From: Podarcis vaucheri
Lineage: Eukaryota
DNA: 64,000 nt
Strand: one strand, 5' to 3'
Assembly: GCA_965113315.1 (NCBI GenBank)
Contig: CBCOUM010000020.1
Part shown: piece after piece, positions 12,301 through 24,272 of the stretch
How the letters are laid out: each line of letters begins with the position of its first letter
Position numbering within the stretch: position 1 is the stretch's first letter
Notes under the pieces: model-generated
What the model was told of the DNA's origin: nothing
The model's input: the letters and a program-made list of their open reading frames with translations, nothing else
The model's database searches: none
Made by a program: the position numbers and the translations under genes

Positions 12301-14743
12301 ACTAGCCCATCAAAAGTCAAGAGCTTTCCAGGTTCCAAATCTTAACATGCAAAATTCTTTTCACAGGTAAATATCAAAGCATTCCCCCCTGATTGGGAAT
12401 TTTAGGAACAGCATTTCCTGACAGGCTTCTCACATGAAATAATTTTCCCTTTTAACAGGATATGTGAACCCCGATAACAAAGTGTTTGTCCCTTTTCCTC
12501 CCACAGCAACTTTCTTTCTGTTCTGTGAAACAAGTCTGAATCCCTGCTGTATTAGTGACCTCTATCTCTTTGTGCCTTTGACATTTTTTTAAGTTACAAA
12601 TAATCTGTTTTCATTTATTTAATCAGTTTCTCCATGATGTCTATGAAGTTAATCGAAGCACAACCAAACATTGTTTGTGGAATGGTACTTGTTTACCTTT
12701 GGCCTGAGCATTTCTTACTAATTCTGTCATTTTGGCTAGTGCAAGGTACCTGCACAACTTTAAATTGCCATTCATTTTATTGGTATTAACTCATTTCCCA
12801 GTATTCCGCTATTAACATTACAGCTGATGTCACATCAAGAAACACTTTTATTTTCATTTGGGATGTTAGAATGCCAAAACAGATTACTTCAGGTTACTTA
12901 TTAATTGTGTGTCTTAGCATTTATTTATTTTTGGTTCCTCATAGCTCATTTTTGTGTGTTTGTGTTTTACTTTGGGGGACATGTTCATCACTTGTTGAAA
13001 GTCAGTCTCATGAAGTTCTTTTATTGAATAGCACATGGTGAATTTTAAGTTTTCCTCATTGTTTTTCCATTTTTTTTCAGTCCAGTAGTAATATGTGTGG
13101 TTTTGATAATATCTTTGTACTATTTAATAATAGTTATTTTCTGAATCTGATGTCTTTGTGTCAAGTCCATTTTCATCTAACTGGTAATCTAATTTTTTGC
13201 TTTCTTTTTTATTTTTTAACCTTTGTATTTTTTACAGTTCTCTTTCTATACATGTGGAGTAATTTTTTATTTTATAATATGAAAAGAACAACAACAACAA
13301 AAATTAAGTGAAGGAAAGCAAACAAACTTAGCAGATAATAACAGTAATTATATGGAAATGTGATAATGAATAAAATGTTTAATCCACTAAGATTTTATTA
13401 TTTGCAACTTCCAACAGAAACCGAAGGACATCCTTTTCGCCTTTTGCCCCCTCCCTTTTCTAACTGTCTTTAAGCCCCAAAACCCTGCCCCTTACAGGAT
13501 ATCACTTCTACAGATGTGCAAGGATGAAAAGCAGCAACAACCCCTCATGGCTAAGGGGAGGAGTTGAATTGCAAGGACATTTTCTCACTTTTGAACCTTA
13601 AGACTGTGCTCCAGGATTCAAAAGATACATGCATAAAAGATCACAATTGTGTCAAGATATGTAACTGATATTTAATTAGTTTGTTTTGTATTATGTGTTA
13701 TTATGTAAGAATGTTGAAATGTGTCTGACAGTGTGATTTCCACAAAGGGGGGCAATTTTTGTGTGTAATTGTTTTTATGTTTAATGTCTTATTGCTTACA
13801 CACCAATGGAGAATTCTCATGCATTTTATACTTTCTAATAGCTCACACTATTGTGTAGTCCAATGTTTAGATCAACTTATAACCACATTTAATTGTTCCA
13901 CCTGGCACCCTGCCAACTTTCCATATCCATTTTAAAATGTGTTAAACCTCGTTTTGCCAAGGACAAGCTTCTGGATCCATAAAACACCAGGTACATGAAG
14001 GTGCATATGCTTTGGTTTAGCAGGAATGATCCCTTATAGAGTTAAATTGACTTATTTGGACAACTGCCCTTGTTAAGAATGGTTTTCTTTTAACAGATTG
14101 GTTTGAAGAGTTGAGAACCATGGGGCAAGATAAATTCAAATTGGACTCAGTTTGAATTGGGCACGTGTATCCAGGCTGCAATTAGCCTTTTGGTCCTTTA
14201 AGTGCAAGTGAGCAACCCCCATGCGTGCAAAACCACAGCCTATAATGGAATCCCATAGCTAAAGGCCAAGGCGAAGAAATCTCCCTCACGAGATGCCCAA
14301 ACCTGTGCCAGCTATGGTGAATGCCAGGCAACATGGTTAAATGAAAGCCCCGAGGGGATTCAACAGACAGGATGTGTTGCTGTAGCACTATGTCAGTGTG
14401 AGACCACAGAAGAGCTAGCTTGACACCTGAGAAATACACAAAAATGGCGAAGGACAAAACACCAACTGCATTTTTCAGTCAATTAGACCTTCCTGCTAGG
14501 TGTAAAGCATAAAACACTATTGAGAATGCCACAAGTAATTTAGCAACAAAATACAAGAGGTGTTCTTTATATAATACCCTATATGCAGCTACCTGCACTG
14601 CTATACTTGCAAATGACCGTAAGAGGCATGGCTTGCAAGTCCCTTTCAGGTTTGCATAAAGCCACACATCCCATTCACCGAGATTTAGGGTGCGGAGAAA
14701 AGATTTGCAAGTTCTTACAGAACTTTAATGCAAATCTATCTCC

Positions 14744-14754
14744 GAATGGGGGAC
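14744..14754 (+). promoter_or_regulatory. Polypurine tract
   Basis: GAATGGGGGAC-type purine run immediately before the TG of the 3' LTR. Confidence 0.75.
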
Positions 14755-15650
14755 TGATACGGAAAGGAAGGGGGGGGCTCCTTTCCCCCTTCCTTCTAGG
14801 AACATCCGAGGCCCCGCTTATTCCTATGGCCCCGCTTTAGCCAATCACAGCCATGCATTCGTCCTGCAGAAGCTAGCTCAGGGAGCTCCTGCACGCCTCA
14901 TTTCACCCCTGACAAGCTGCTGACGGCCCCCCACGGCGAGAACAGTGGATCCGAAACCAGGGACCTCCTGTTACAATGTATCCATTCTGTTTCTGCTTTT
15001 GCCCTATAGTACAGAAGGGGTTTGAAATCATTGAAATCTTTAGAAATTGATATAAAATCAACCGTAACTCCGATTTCTTCGCTCTCAGTGTCATTCAACT
15101 CAGTTCCCCGTGGACTCCATGATGCTATCCCTACTTCCATAATCCCCAAAGCGGCAGGTCACGTACGCAGGAACTTCTTAATTCGCCAAACCTTCCCTTT
15201 AGGCAATATTAGGTGGCAGACGATGCATATCTCTGACCCATTGTCTTGCCACCACCGGTACTCAATAAATGTGTATCTATGTAAATTTGCCGCTCTGCAT
15301 ATCCCTCCTCCCTCATCCGAAAATGCTAATTAATGTAATCCCACCTTTTCATAATGTATTCATGACGTGTAAAGTATATTCATGATGTAACTTGTGAAAC
15401 CCAACCTTCCCATAATGTATTCGTGACGTTTCATGCACTGTATTCTGGGATATGGAGGGAAATTTCAAAAGTTCATGTCACCCCTTTCTCTGGGTTCAAT
15501 CTCGCCTTGAACCTGTTGCGCAATAAACTTGGATCTTCTGCAGTTTGCTCCTGTGTCCGGCTGAGCTCATTTTCTTCCGCAGGGACCCACGGACTTAGTC
15601 CGATGAGCTGGGTGGCAGAGTAACCCCGCACCCAGATTTTAGCCGTAACA
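14755..15650 (+). repeat. 3' LTR
   Basis: Copy of 8457-9352 offset by 6298 bp; 5 mismatches seen. Confidence 0.95.
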
Positions 15651-15707
15651 GTAATTATTTACACATTTGTACCTTTGCCTTGCAACAAATGGTCCCGCCC
15701 CATTATT

Positions 15708-15710
<3 letters not shown>

Positions 15711-15753
<43 letters not shown>

Positions 15754-16045
15754 TTTTTATTTATACCCCGCCCTCCCCAGCCAAGGCCGGGCTCAGAGCG
15801 GCTTACAAGCAATAATAAAAACAAGATGAGTGAATTACAACTTAAAAACAAAAATAAAATACAACATTAAAATAATGGAACATTAAAATATTAAAATGAA
15901 GCCTCATTGCAGGAGAAGGAAAAGAAAAAAGAAAAAGGGGGGCGGAGGGAATCAAATTGGCTCCAATCCAAAGGCCAGGCGGAACAACTCTGTCTTACAG
16001 GCCCTGCGGAAAGAAATCAGATCCTGCAGGGCCCTGGTCTCATGA
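15711..16045 (-). mobile_element. L2-type LINE 3' end with (AAT)n tail
   Basis: (AAT)n 15711-15753 followed by TTTATTTATACCCCGCC stem typical of squamate L2 3' ends. Confidence 0.6.
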
Positions 16046-17927
16046 GACAATAAAGAGACATTGATCAGAAATGGCACATAAGTAGAATCTTAGTATTTTC
16101 CAATTAGCCATATTTCCTTTCGTTCTAGCCATATATTGCCATAAATACATTGTATGTGAAGAACAGTCATTGCATTTTGGGTCTCCTTTGCACACATCTG
16201 TACCATATCTGGGAGCTGCTTGTCTCAGAAAGAGATCTGTTGTCATCTACTGGGGAAAATAACAACAGAGATTTGTGGAACTACCTGGGAGACTGTTTGG
16301 ATCCAGATTTAGGCATTTAGTAGACCCATTGAAATCAATGGGATTGAAGTTAGTTGTAACTATTCGGCTCTATTAATTCCAGTACATTTACTCTAAGCTT
16401 GACTAAGTTTGGGTCCAAGTTTAATGATTTACTTAAGGCATTTGTTTTTGTGCAGATATGTTGCTAGGCTAAACTGGCAGGTCTATACAGATGCTTTGGG
16501 AGAGAGATAGAGGTTGTAAACAATGAGATTAGCGGAAACCAGAAAAAGTACAGCCTGTGACAATTACCTTAAATGTAATTGTCACAGTCTGTACTTTTTG
16601 TGTTTACCTATAACCTCACTTTTTGTGTTTGCCTATAACCTCACTATAACCTCAATTCCGTCTCCGCTCCTCCCCCTACTGCCCACCCCAGCCAATTTAC
16701 CTGCTAATTTAGGATAATGCATCTGCTAAAGTGGGCTCTGGTCCACAAAAGCTTATGCCATAATGCATTTGTTAGTCTTTAAGTTGCCGTTAGACATTCT
16801 GTTGGGTTTGTAGCAGCAAAGTAACACAGCCTCCCCCTTCTGGAAATCCTACTGGAAAGGTGATCAAGTGTGCTTGGGTGTGGACCTGAGACAAAGGTTT
16901 CACTAACAAGGTTGTGTGTGTGTTTTTGGGGGGTGGGGGGATTGCTCAAAAATCTTGTTCTGCTAATTTGAATCTGGAGGGATTTTATGCATAGTGGAGA
17001 GTATTTGCTGTCTGTCGTTTTTCCTGTTTAATAGCCATTCTTAGTCTTAGCATTGGGGAGAAGGAACTTCATTGCACCATCCTGTACATACCTACTCTGA
17101 AGTAAGTCCCATTGTGTTCAGTCTAGTTTACTTCCAGGTAAGTGGGAAGTGGATTACATGTTTGCAGAGAAATACATAGGCTCTGGTCTCTTATTTCCTC
17201 CTCTCCCCATTTAGTTCTTGACGCAGTGTAACTTGCATTGTCTGTGCCAAATCAGTGACCAGACAGGCATACACAGACACTCATTTATCACACCAGCAAA
17301 TTTATAACTGTAAAATGTTATAAGAGCAGTCATGACTGTTATTTGCCTCTGTTGTTGCTGGATGACCTGTTGTTGCTGGATGAGGTATGATCCTAGATGT
17401 GATAGTTGCAGCATCCCTCTGATTCTTTTTATAAACATGTAATTCTGGTAATTAATGGAGATGTCCTGCCCCTCAGTATTCACTTGCCGTTAATGTCCCC
17501 TAGTGACTCTCCTTCTGTTTCCTTGACAGAAATCTTCCTTGTGGATATAGTATTGTGAATCTGGGGTTTTTACCATAGGGCTAATTTAAATGTGATGGGA
17601 GAGTTTGTGAGCAGCATGTGCCACATTTAAAATGTACCGCCAGCCCCTGGACTGCCCTTCATGCTCACTGCTGAATTCACCTGAGTTGGAAGGATTGTAA
17701 GAGAGCTCCCTGTTCTATCTGAGCTTTGCTTGAGTAGCAAGGTCTCTGGCTTGCTCCTTAACCCCACTTCCAGGTTGATCCTCTGCCTCTGACTTCAGTC
17801 TAAGCTTGATCCTTGACTCTTGCCATCTAGTTTCCCCTACAATTATGACTCCTCCTTGGTCCTGACTGGCTTGCTGGCCTCATGGCTCCTGGTTCCTAGC
17901 TGCTGGCTCGCCTTAGACCCCCCTGGC

Positions 17928-18330
17928 ACTGTTGTTGTTTAGTCGTTTAGTCGTGTCCGACTCTTCGTGACCCCATGGACCAGAGCACGCCAGGCACTCC
18001 TGTCTTCCACTACCTCCCGCAGTTTGGTCAAACTCATGCTGGTAGCTTCGAGAACACTGTCCAACCATCTCATCCTCTGTCGTCCCCTTCTCCTTGTGCC
18101 TTCCATCTTTCAGGGTCATTTCCAGGGATTCTTCTCTTCTCATGAGGTGGCCAAAATATTGGAGTCTCAGCTTAAGGATCTGTCCTTCCAGCGAGCACTC
18201 AGGGCTGATTTCCTTCAGAATAGAGGTCTGATCTTCTTGCAGTCCATGGGACTCTCAAGAGTCTCCTCCAGCACCATAATTCAAAAGCAATTCTTCGGCA
18301 GTCAGCCTTCTTTATGGTCCAGCTCTCACT
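17928..18330 (-). mobile_element. BovB/RTE LINE 3' fragment
   Basis: AGTCGTGTCCGACTCTTCGTGACCCCATGGACCAGAGCACGCCAGGC...TCCAACCATCTCATCCTCTGTCGTCCCCTTCTCC matches the BovB 3' end in reverse. Confidence 0.8.
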
Positions 18331-18755
18331 GGACCAGCCTGGACTCTCACTGGACCAGCTCTCCATCCTGGCACTAGGAAGGCGAAATTAGAGCTCCCCC
18401 CAATGTTGTCCCCGTCCCCCAGATTAAAACTCTGTATGTTTGCCATAAGGAGCAAGACATTCAGGTACCCGTATTTTGATAAGCAAGTTTCCTCCAACAA
18501 CTGTCAACCCTGTTCTTAGGGAACTGCCATAGTAAATTAACCAAAAGCTACCACAGAGATATCAGCATTTTCAAAAGGGGCCCATGGCTTGGCTTTTGAA
18601 AAACAAGGGGCCTGCAGGACTTAGCTAACTGGGAACCACAAGTATGTGCTGTAGTGATTCTATGGTTTCTAAAATATAAGCTGAACTTTGCTATGGAAAG
18701 CAATAGCTATACTGTATTATTATTATTATTATTATTATTTATTTCAGTTACGAGA

Positions 18756-18830
18756 ATGAACCTGTGTTTCCAGATCAAGAGCATTGCGGGGTTTTTATTA
18801 ATTCTGGATTTTCAGCAAGCCGGGACAAAG
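18756..18830 (+). CDS. Fibrinogen-domain (ANGPTL5-like) gene, first coding exon (signal-peptide-like)
   Basis: TTTCAG acceptor at 18747, ATG 18756, MNLCFQIKSIAGFLLILDFQQAGTK, AAG/GTAGTA donor, phase 0 fits next exon. Confidence 0.6.
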
Positions 18831-18955
18831 GTAGTAAACAAATACATTGTCACTTTTCTTGAAGCCCAAGGGCAGGGAATTTTTTGTCCATTTGAGGGTC
18901 ACATTGTTGTGGGGGACCTTCTGGGACTGGAGCCAGATGCAAAAGCAGGTAGAGC

Positions 18956-19439
18956 CAGTGGCGTAGCTTGGGGGGTGCAAGGGGGGCCGGCCGCACCGGG
19001 CGCAACATCTGGGGGGGCGCGCTCGCTGCCTCCGGAGTCGCCGAAGAGCCTCGGGCGCAGGCTGTAGCAGAGCCCCATGTCTCGCGGAACCGACGAGCTG
19101 TGCGCGCGTCCAGGCTGAAGGCGTCCGGCAGGCAGTGGCTCTCAGCCCCGCGCGTCAGGGCCACGGAGGACGCGCCAGGCAGCCCCTCCTCACAGCCCCA
19201 CCTCTGCCGCTGCTGCTGCAGCTGCTGGGCCATGTTGCATTTTCCTCGCCTCTCTGCCCCCCTCCTCCTCCGGGCAAGCAGCGTCGTTTGGGCGGCAGCG
19301 CCAGCGGCAACTCGCCTCAGATCAACTGACGCGGCAGGTTAGGGGTTAAGGGGGGCGCAAATTACTTGCCTTGCCCCGGGTTAGGGGGCGCAAATTACTT
19401 GCCTTGCCCCGGGTGCTGACAACTCACGCTAAGCCGCTG
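18956..19439. mobile_element. hAT-type non-autonomous element with GC-rich cargo
   Basis: CAGTGGCGTAGC.../...GCTAAGCCGCTG termini; perfect 8-bp TSD GGTAGAGC. Confidence 0.85.
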
Positions 19440-20294
19440 GGTAGAGCAAAGGACATGGCTCTTAGCCAGGTAAGCAGGAGGCCTTACCATGGTTCAGGGA
19501 CACATTCCAGCAAGGTGGAGGCACTTGAGGGTGTGGAACAGGCCTGGGGAAGGGGGTGGTCTGGGAAGAGGGGATGTGTCTTAGGGAGGGTGAGATAGAG
19601 TGGGATAGAGAGGCCTGGAGGACCACAGCTGATCCCCGATCCAGAGATTCCCCACCCCAGGTTGAAGCAGAAAAACCAAATATTGACACTTTACTTCTTT
19701 GACTGGGCCTCCCTTTTACTGTCTGGCTGTGGTGCCTCTGGCAGTATGGAAACGGCAGAGAATGGATCAGAGGAAATGTGGCAGAAGGAGTTTATTCTGA
19801 ATGCCAGTCTTCGATAAAGAAGACTGCCTCACAAGTTACCTAACTGGAGTGGAAATAACTTCTTTTCATCTGGAAATACCCCTTTAAAAACTCAGTTTGC
19901 CGGCTGTCCTCCAGGTGAAACTGCTAGAGCAACAATCCCTAGCCTGATCCCCTCCAGCTGTTGAACTACAGCTTCCTGGCCATTGGCTGTGCTGTCACCT
20001 GGAGGGCCACAGATTGGGGAAGGCTAGAGAGAGAGAGAGGAGAGCAGCCCTGTGGCAAAAAGGTGCGAGGGAGTTGCAGATTTCCACCTTTTTGCAAAAT
20101 GAAAGACAGCACTGGTGTAAGGTCTGCTTATCTCAAATATAAACTTTTGTACAGCAGTCGGGGGGGTTGGGGGGGAGATGTTTTTGCATGAAGACACAGG
20201 AATGGTTTTTAACTTTGTACATAAGTAAAATTAGAAAATTTCATTTTTACAACAGTAGTGTTTCCAGCGGTCTAATATAATTTGATCTCTGCAG

Positions 20295-20319
20295 GCACAA
20301 CCACGGCGGGCAGTTCAAG
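20295..20319 (+). CDS. Fibrinogen-domain gene, 25-nt micro-exon
   Basis: CTCTGCAG / AQPRRAVQ-G / GTAGGT; converts phase 0 to the phase 1 needed by the next exon. Confidence 0.6.
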
Positions 20320-20431
20320 GTAGGTTTTTGTTGTTGTTCATATTTTAATGATCATTAACCTTATTTTCATACAATGTGGGGGCACATCCCTGTTTGATAA
20401 AGTGTGTGACTGGGGCCTTGATTCACAATAG

Positions 20432-20580
20432 CTAATAATAATAATTTATTATTTATACCCCGCCCATCTGGCTGAGTTTCCACAGCCACTTTGGGCGGCC
20501 CCCAATCGAGTGTTAAAAACAATACAGCATTAAATATCAAAAACTTCCCTAAACAGGGCTGCCTTCAGATGTCTTATAAA
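20432..20580 (-). mobile_element. L2 LINE 3' end fragment
   Basis: Reverse complement of the 45950-46100 L2 tail. Confidence 0.7.
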
Positions 20581-22221
20581 AGAAACTGAATGGAGAGTCA
20601 TATAATTGTTTGTAGAGTTGGGAAGGGACCCCAGGGGTCATCTAGCCTAACCCCTGCAGTGCAGAGCCTCTTTATTTCCTGTAACCAGTTTTAAGAGGAA
20701 GCTAAGTGGTGAAAACACAGGAGACTTTGGTTATTGCGAAAAACAGGGCAAGTTGTGACATAGTGGGGGGCGGGATTGTTTGTTTTTTAATTAAGTGTTA
20801 TATAGTGTTTTGGTGGTTTTGATGGCCTTTGCAAGCATTGGTGGCTAGAGGTCTTATTCCTTGATGTACACTTCAGTCAGAAAAGCGGCTGATAGCAGAG
20901 GTAATAAGGAAGGGAAAATAGCTGGAGAATTACTTCTTATTCTTCTCTGCATGTACTGCTGTAGATGAGTCCCATTTCATTAACAGCACTTAATGGAAGC
21001 TATTCCTATGTGCTGCATCACTCTGAAATTAAGGGCCACTGTTTGATCCTTCAAGGACCAGAGAGGAAATTCACACAGGCTGTGTCAGGGTGTAAGACAA
21101 AATATGGCCAATTCACAAAATTCCTGGCTCAGGTTTTTGCTTAAGTATCATTGGCCTTAAGAAAACAAGGTGGATCATTTGGGCCTGTGATCTTATCTGA
21201 GCTAGATACAGTGACAGCTGAAAAACTAGGAGCAAGAGGAGGCTACGAAACTGGTCTCTCAAACTTTAAACCTTATTTGGGTGTTCATTGGGAAACCCAT
21301 GGAGGAAGAATTGGGCCCACACATGCTATCTCAGCCTCCAGTGCCTCCATCTTTGCTAGCTTCATCCCCAAACTTTGCATCTTTAACAGGAAGGTCTGGC
21401 AGGAGATTCTGCACACATTGGCTGAATATATTTCTAACTGAGAAACCTGCACTATTGGGGAAGAGTCTTTGGAAGTTCAGTTGAATGCATGAATTTCCAT
21501 GTTTCTGAAACAAATCATGCTTGGCTCGTAATAACCCATATGCATACCAGAATAGGTACTTATATAATTGGATGCAATTAGTAATTTTTGTCGTTGGCTT
21601 CACCCCACTTCCCTCAAGCATAGCTAGGGATGGGGAAGAATTTATCTTCAGTTCACATATAAAGGTGAACCACAATTTCTAAAACAACAGAGGAACTGAA
21701 ACACATCCAGCCTTTGAAAATTGCACTCTATGAATTTTGCAGTGCCTAGTAATTTGTGCAAAAATGCATACGCTAAGGTTCAGTGTGCATAAAAGCATGT
21801 ATTAGCAAAATAGCATGCAATTATAGGTTATATTTGGGGGAAATGGATTGACTAAAATGTATGTATTAGGCAAAACAGCATATCAGTGTACATACTGGGA
21901 GAAATTAACACTTAAACGCTGGTGCATTTTCATAAGGATTTTTAAAAAAGAAATTTTGTTAGTTGATATAGAAATGTAGAGAACTGAACTCAAGATGGGA
22001 AGAAACCCAGAGAAACTGAAACTGACAGATTTACACATCCCTAAGCCCAGCCACCCACTTCTCTTGACTCTCATCAGGTACCACTGAGCTTTGCCCTTAT
22101 TCCATCAGGTTCCGCCTTATTACCAACCGGCTTCTGCCCTTAATTCCAGGGCTCCATTTCGCTGTTCACTCATTCTGAGCCACAGGAGTCTCATCAACCT
22201 TGCTCATTCTTTCCATTACAG

Positions 22222-22313
22222 GACCTGATTGCACAGCAATATTTGCTGCCAATGCATCTCTCCCCAGCGGCGCTTACATGATCAAACCAAAGCATTTTCA
22301 TAAGTCTTTTGAG
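22222..22313 (+). CDS. Fibrinogen-domain gene exon (start of FReD)
   Basis: GPDCTAIFAANASLPSGAYMIKPKHFHKSFE; DC...SG.Y.I.P motif; GTAAGG donor. Confidence 0.9.
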
Positions 22314-22709
22314 GTAAGGTATGGTTCTACAATTACATTCTGAGCCGCAGGTTCCATTTATGATGAAGTGTTATTGAGAGCACCTGTTTTTATAAACGCC
22401 TTGTCTTCTGAACACTTGCATGATCTGGAGGTCTGGACCTGTATACTGATGGCACACAGCTCTACCTCTTACTTCCATAATCTGATCCCAGAGAGGCATT
22501 GGAAACTTGAACTAATGTCTGGAACTGGTATTGGCAGGGGGGAAGGAGAACTTAATTCAGTCAATTGAGAGAACTGGCAGGTGATGTACAACCTGTCTCC
22601 AAACTTCCTCTGAAAGGTCAAGGGTGCAGCTTAGGTGCACATCTGGAACCACCATTGTCCTTGAATATTCAAGTTGTGTTTGTGGCCATATTTTATAAGT
22701 TTCATCTGG

Positions 22710-23120
22710 TTTGCCAGGTCTGGCCATTCCTGGTGAAGGCAATTCTGACTCGTACCCTAATTGCATCCAAGTTGGTTACAATGTTCTTTCCATAGGGGTG
22801 TCTTTAAAGACACTTTGGAAACTCCACTTGGTTCAAAATACAGTCATAAGATTGTTGGTTAGTGCAGCATGGCTGAATCATATTACACCGACCCAACACC
22901 AGGTTCACTGGTTACCTATTGGTTTTTGGCTTCAGATTCTGGCTGATACTAACCTGAAAAGTCCTAAACAGCCTCAGGTTACCTTAAGGCCTGCCTTTCT
23001 GCATACAGGTGAGCCCTAGACTCCTGTTGTCTCTGGTCAGACTTTGCAGGAGTTTTGATGGGCGAGTGCCAGGATGGTGGTGCCGCAGCTCACGCACTCC
23101 TAAGGAAAGCCATCTGGCTC
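22710..23120 (+). mobile_element. Decayed L2 LINE fragment
   Basis: KLHLVQNTVIRLL...HITPTQHQVHWLPI, homologous to the 45518-45850 L2 peptide. Confidence 0.65.
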
Positions 23121-23198
23121 CCTTTGCCCACTTTTGATAGTCAATTGTGTTTAGGATCCTATAATTCAGATCAGATACCTACCAACGTAAATTTCTAG

Positions 23199-23331
23199 GT
23201 ATTCTGTGAAAAGAGATACGATGGTGGATGGACTATTATCCAGCGACGCAACGGACAAGGGGTGTATGGTGGACCTGAGAACTTTCGGAGGTGGATGTCT
23301 GAATACGAAAAAGGATTTGGCCATGTTGATT
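23199..23331 (+). CDS. Fibrinogen-domain gene exon
   Basis: VFCEKRYDGGWTIIQRRNG...NFRRWMSEYEKGFG; hallmark GGWT.IQRR motif; GTAAGT donor. Confidence 0.93.
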
Positions 23332-23598
23332 GTAAGTAAATTATTCCCCTCAACTAAAATCTTTTGATCTGTGGACTTACCTTTAGACGTCACAATATGT
23401 GCACAAATGGATCTTATTGATTGACTTCAACAACCAACCTACATGTGCAGCATTTCTCAAAGGTCTCAGGCAGAGGTCTTTTGCCCCGTCCCATTTTGCC
23501 ACCTGCTTATTTTCAAGAGGTGGCAAGGATTGAACCTGGGACCTTCCACATTCAAAAGCCTCTGCTATGATCCTTTCCCATGTACGCAGAAGTAGAAA

Positions 23599-23963
23599 AT
23601 AAATGTAAAGGTACCCCTGACCGTTAGGTCCAGTCACGGACGACTCTGGGGTTGTAGCACTCATCTCGCTTTACAGGCTGAGCGAGCTGGCATTTATCCG
23701 CAGACAGTTTTTCCGGTCATGCGGCCAGCATGACTAAGCCACTTCTGGCAAACCAGAGCAGCACACAGAAATGCCATTTACCTTCCTACCAGAGCGGTAC
23801 CTATTTATCTACTTGCACTTTGATGTGCTTTCGAACTGCTAGGTTGGCAGGAGCTGGGACTGAACAACGGGAGCTCACCCCGTTGCAGGGATTTGAACTG
23901 CTGACCTTCCAATAGAAAAGCACTAGGCTCTGTGGTTTAGACCACAGTGCCACCCGCATCCCT
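23599..23963 (-). mobile_element. Sauria SINE
   Basis: Reverse complement of 43133-43488; TSD AAGTAGAAA. Confidence 0.85.
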
Positions 23964-24086
23964 AAGTAGAAAGTAGGAAGCTAGAAACTGTTGTGGCTCT
24001 CAAAACTGCAGGCGTTTATTTCCTTGCATTCAAGATGATGTACAGTTGGCGATGGCTACATGAAAATGCAATTTTATATTTTCCAG

Positions 24087-24272
24087 TTGAACATTGGCTA
24101 GGGCTTTTCTACATTCATGCTCTGACCCACCAGAGAGACAAAAAATGTGAGCTCCGAGTGGACATGAGAAACTGTGAAGGGAAGAAAGGCTATGCTGTAT
24201 ACAAGACCTTCGAAATTGGCAACGAAGATGAAAAATACCGCCTTTCTTTGGGAAAATACAGAGGGAATGTGG
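24087..24272 (+). CDS. Fibrinogen-domain gene exon
   Basis: EHWLGLFYIHALT...ELRVDM...YAVYKTFEIGNEDEKYRLSLGKYRGNVG. Confidence 0.93.

Larger units (their letters stand above)
8457..15650 (+). mobile_element. Full-length non-autonomous LTR retroelement / endogenous retrovirus with non-coding internal region
   Basis: Two 896-bp TG...CA LTRs, 5-bp TSD GTAAT (8452-8456, 15651-15655), tRNA-Lys PBS, PPT; no ORF over about 100 aa and no recognisable gag/pol/env in 5.4-kb interior. Confidence 0.93.

Noticed and set aside
8457-15650. Endogenous foamy virus or lentivirus (Lys1,2 PBS, G-run-ACTG end)
   Set aside because: No gag/pol/env or accessory ORFs to support it; these cis features are shared by several retroviral groups and the 5-bp TSD does not fit foamy viruses
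19337-19390. TTAGGG-like telomeric remnants
   Set aside because: Only two or three imperfect units inside a transposon subterminal duplication
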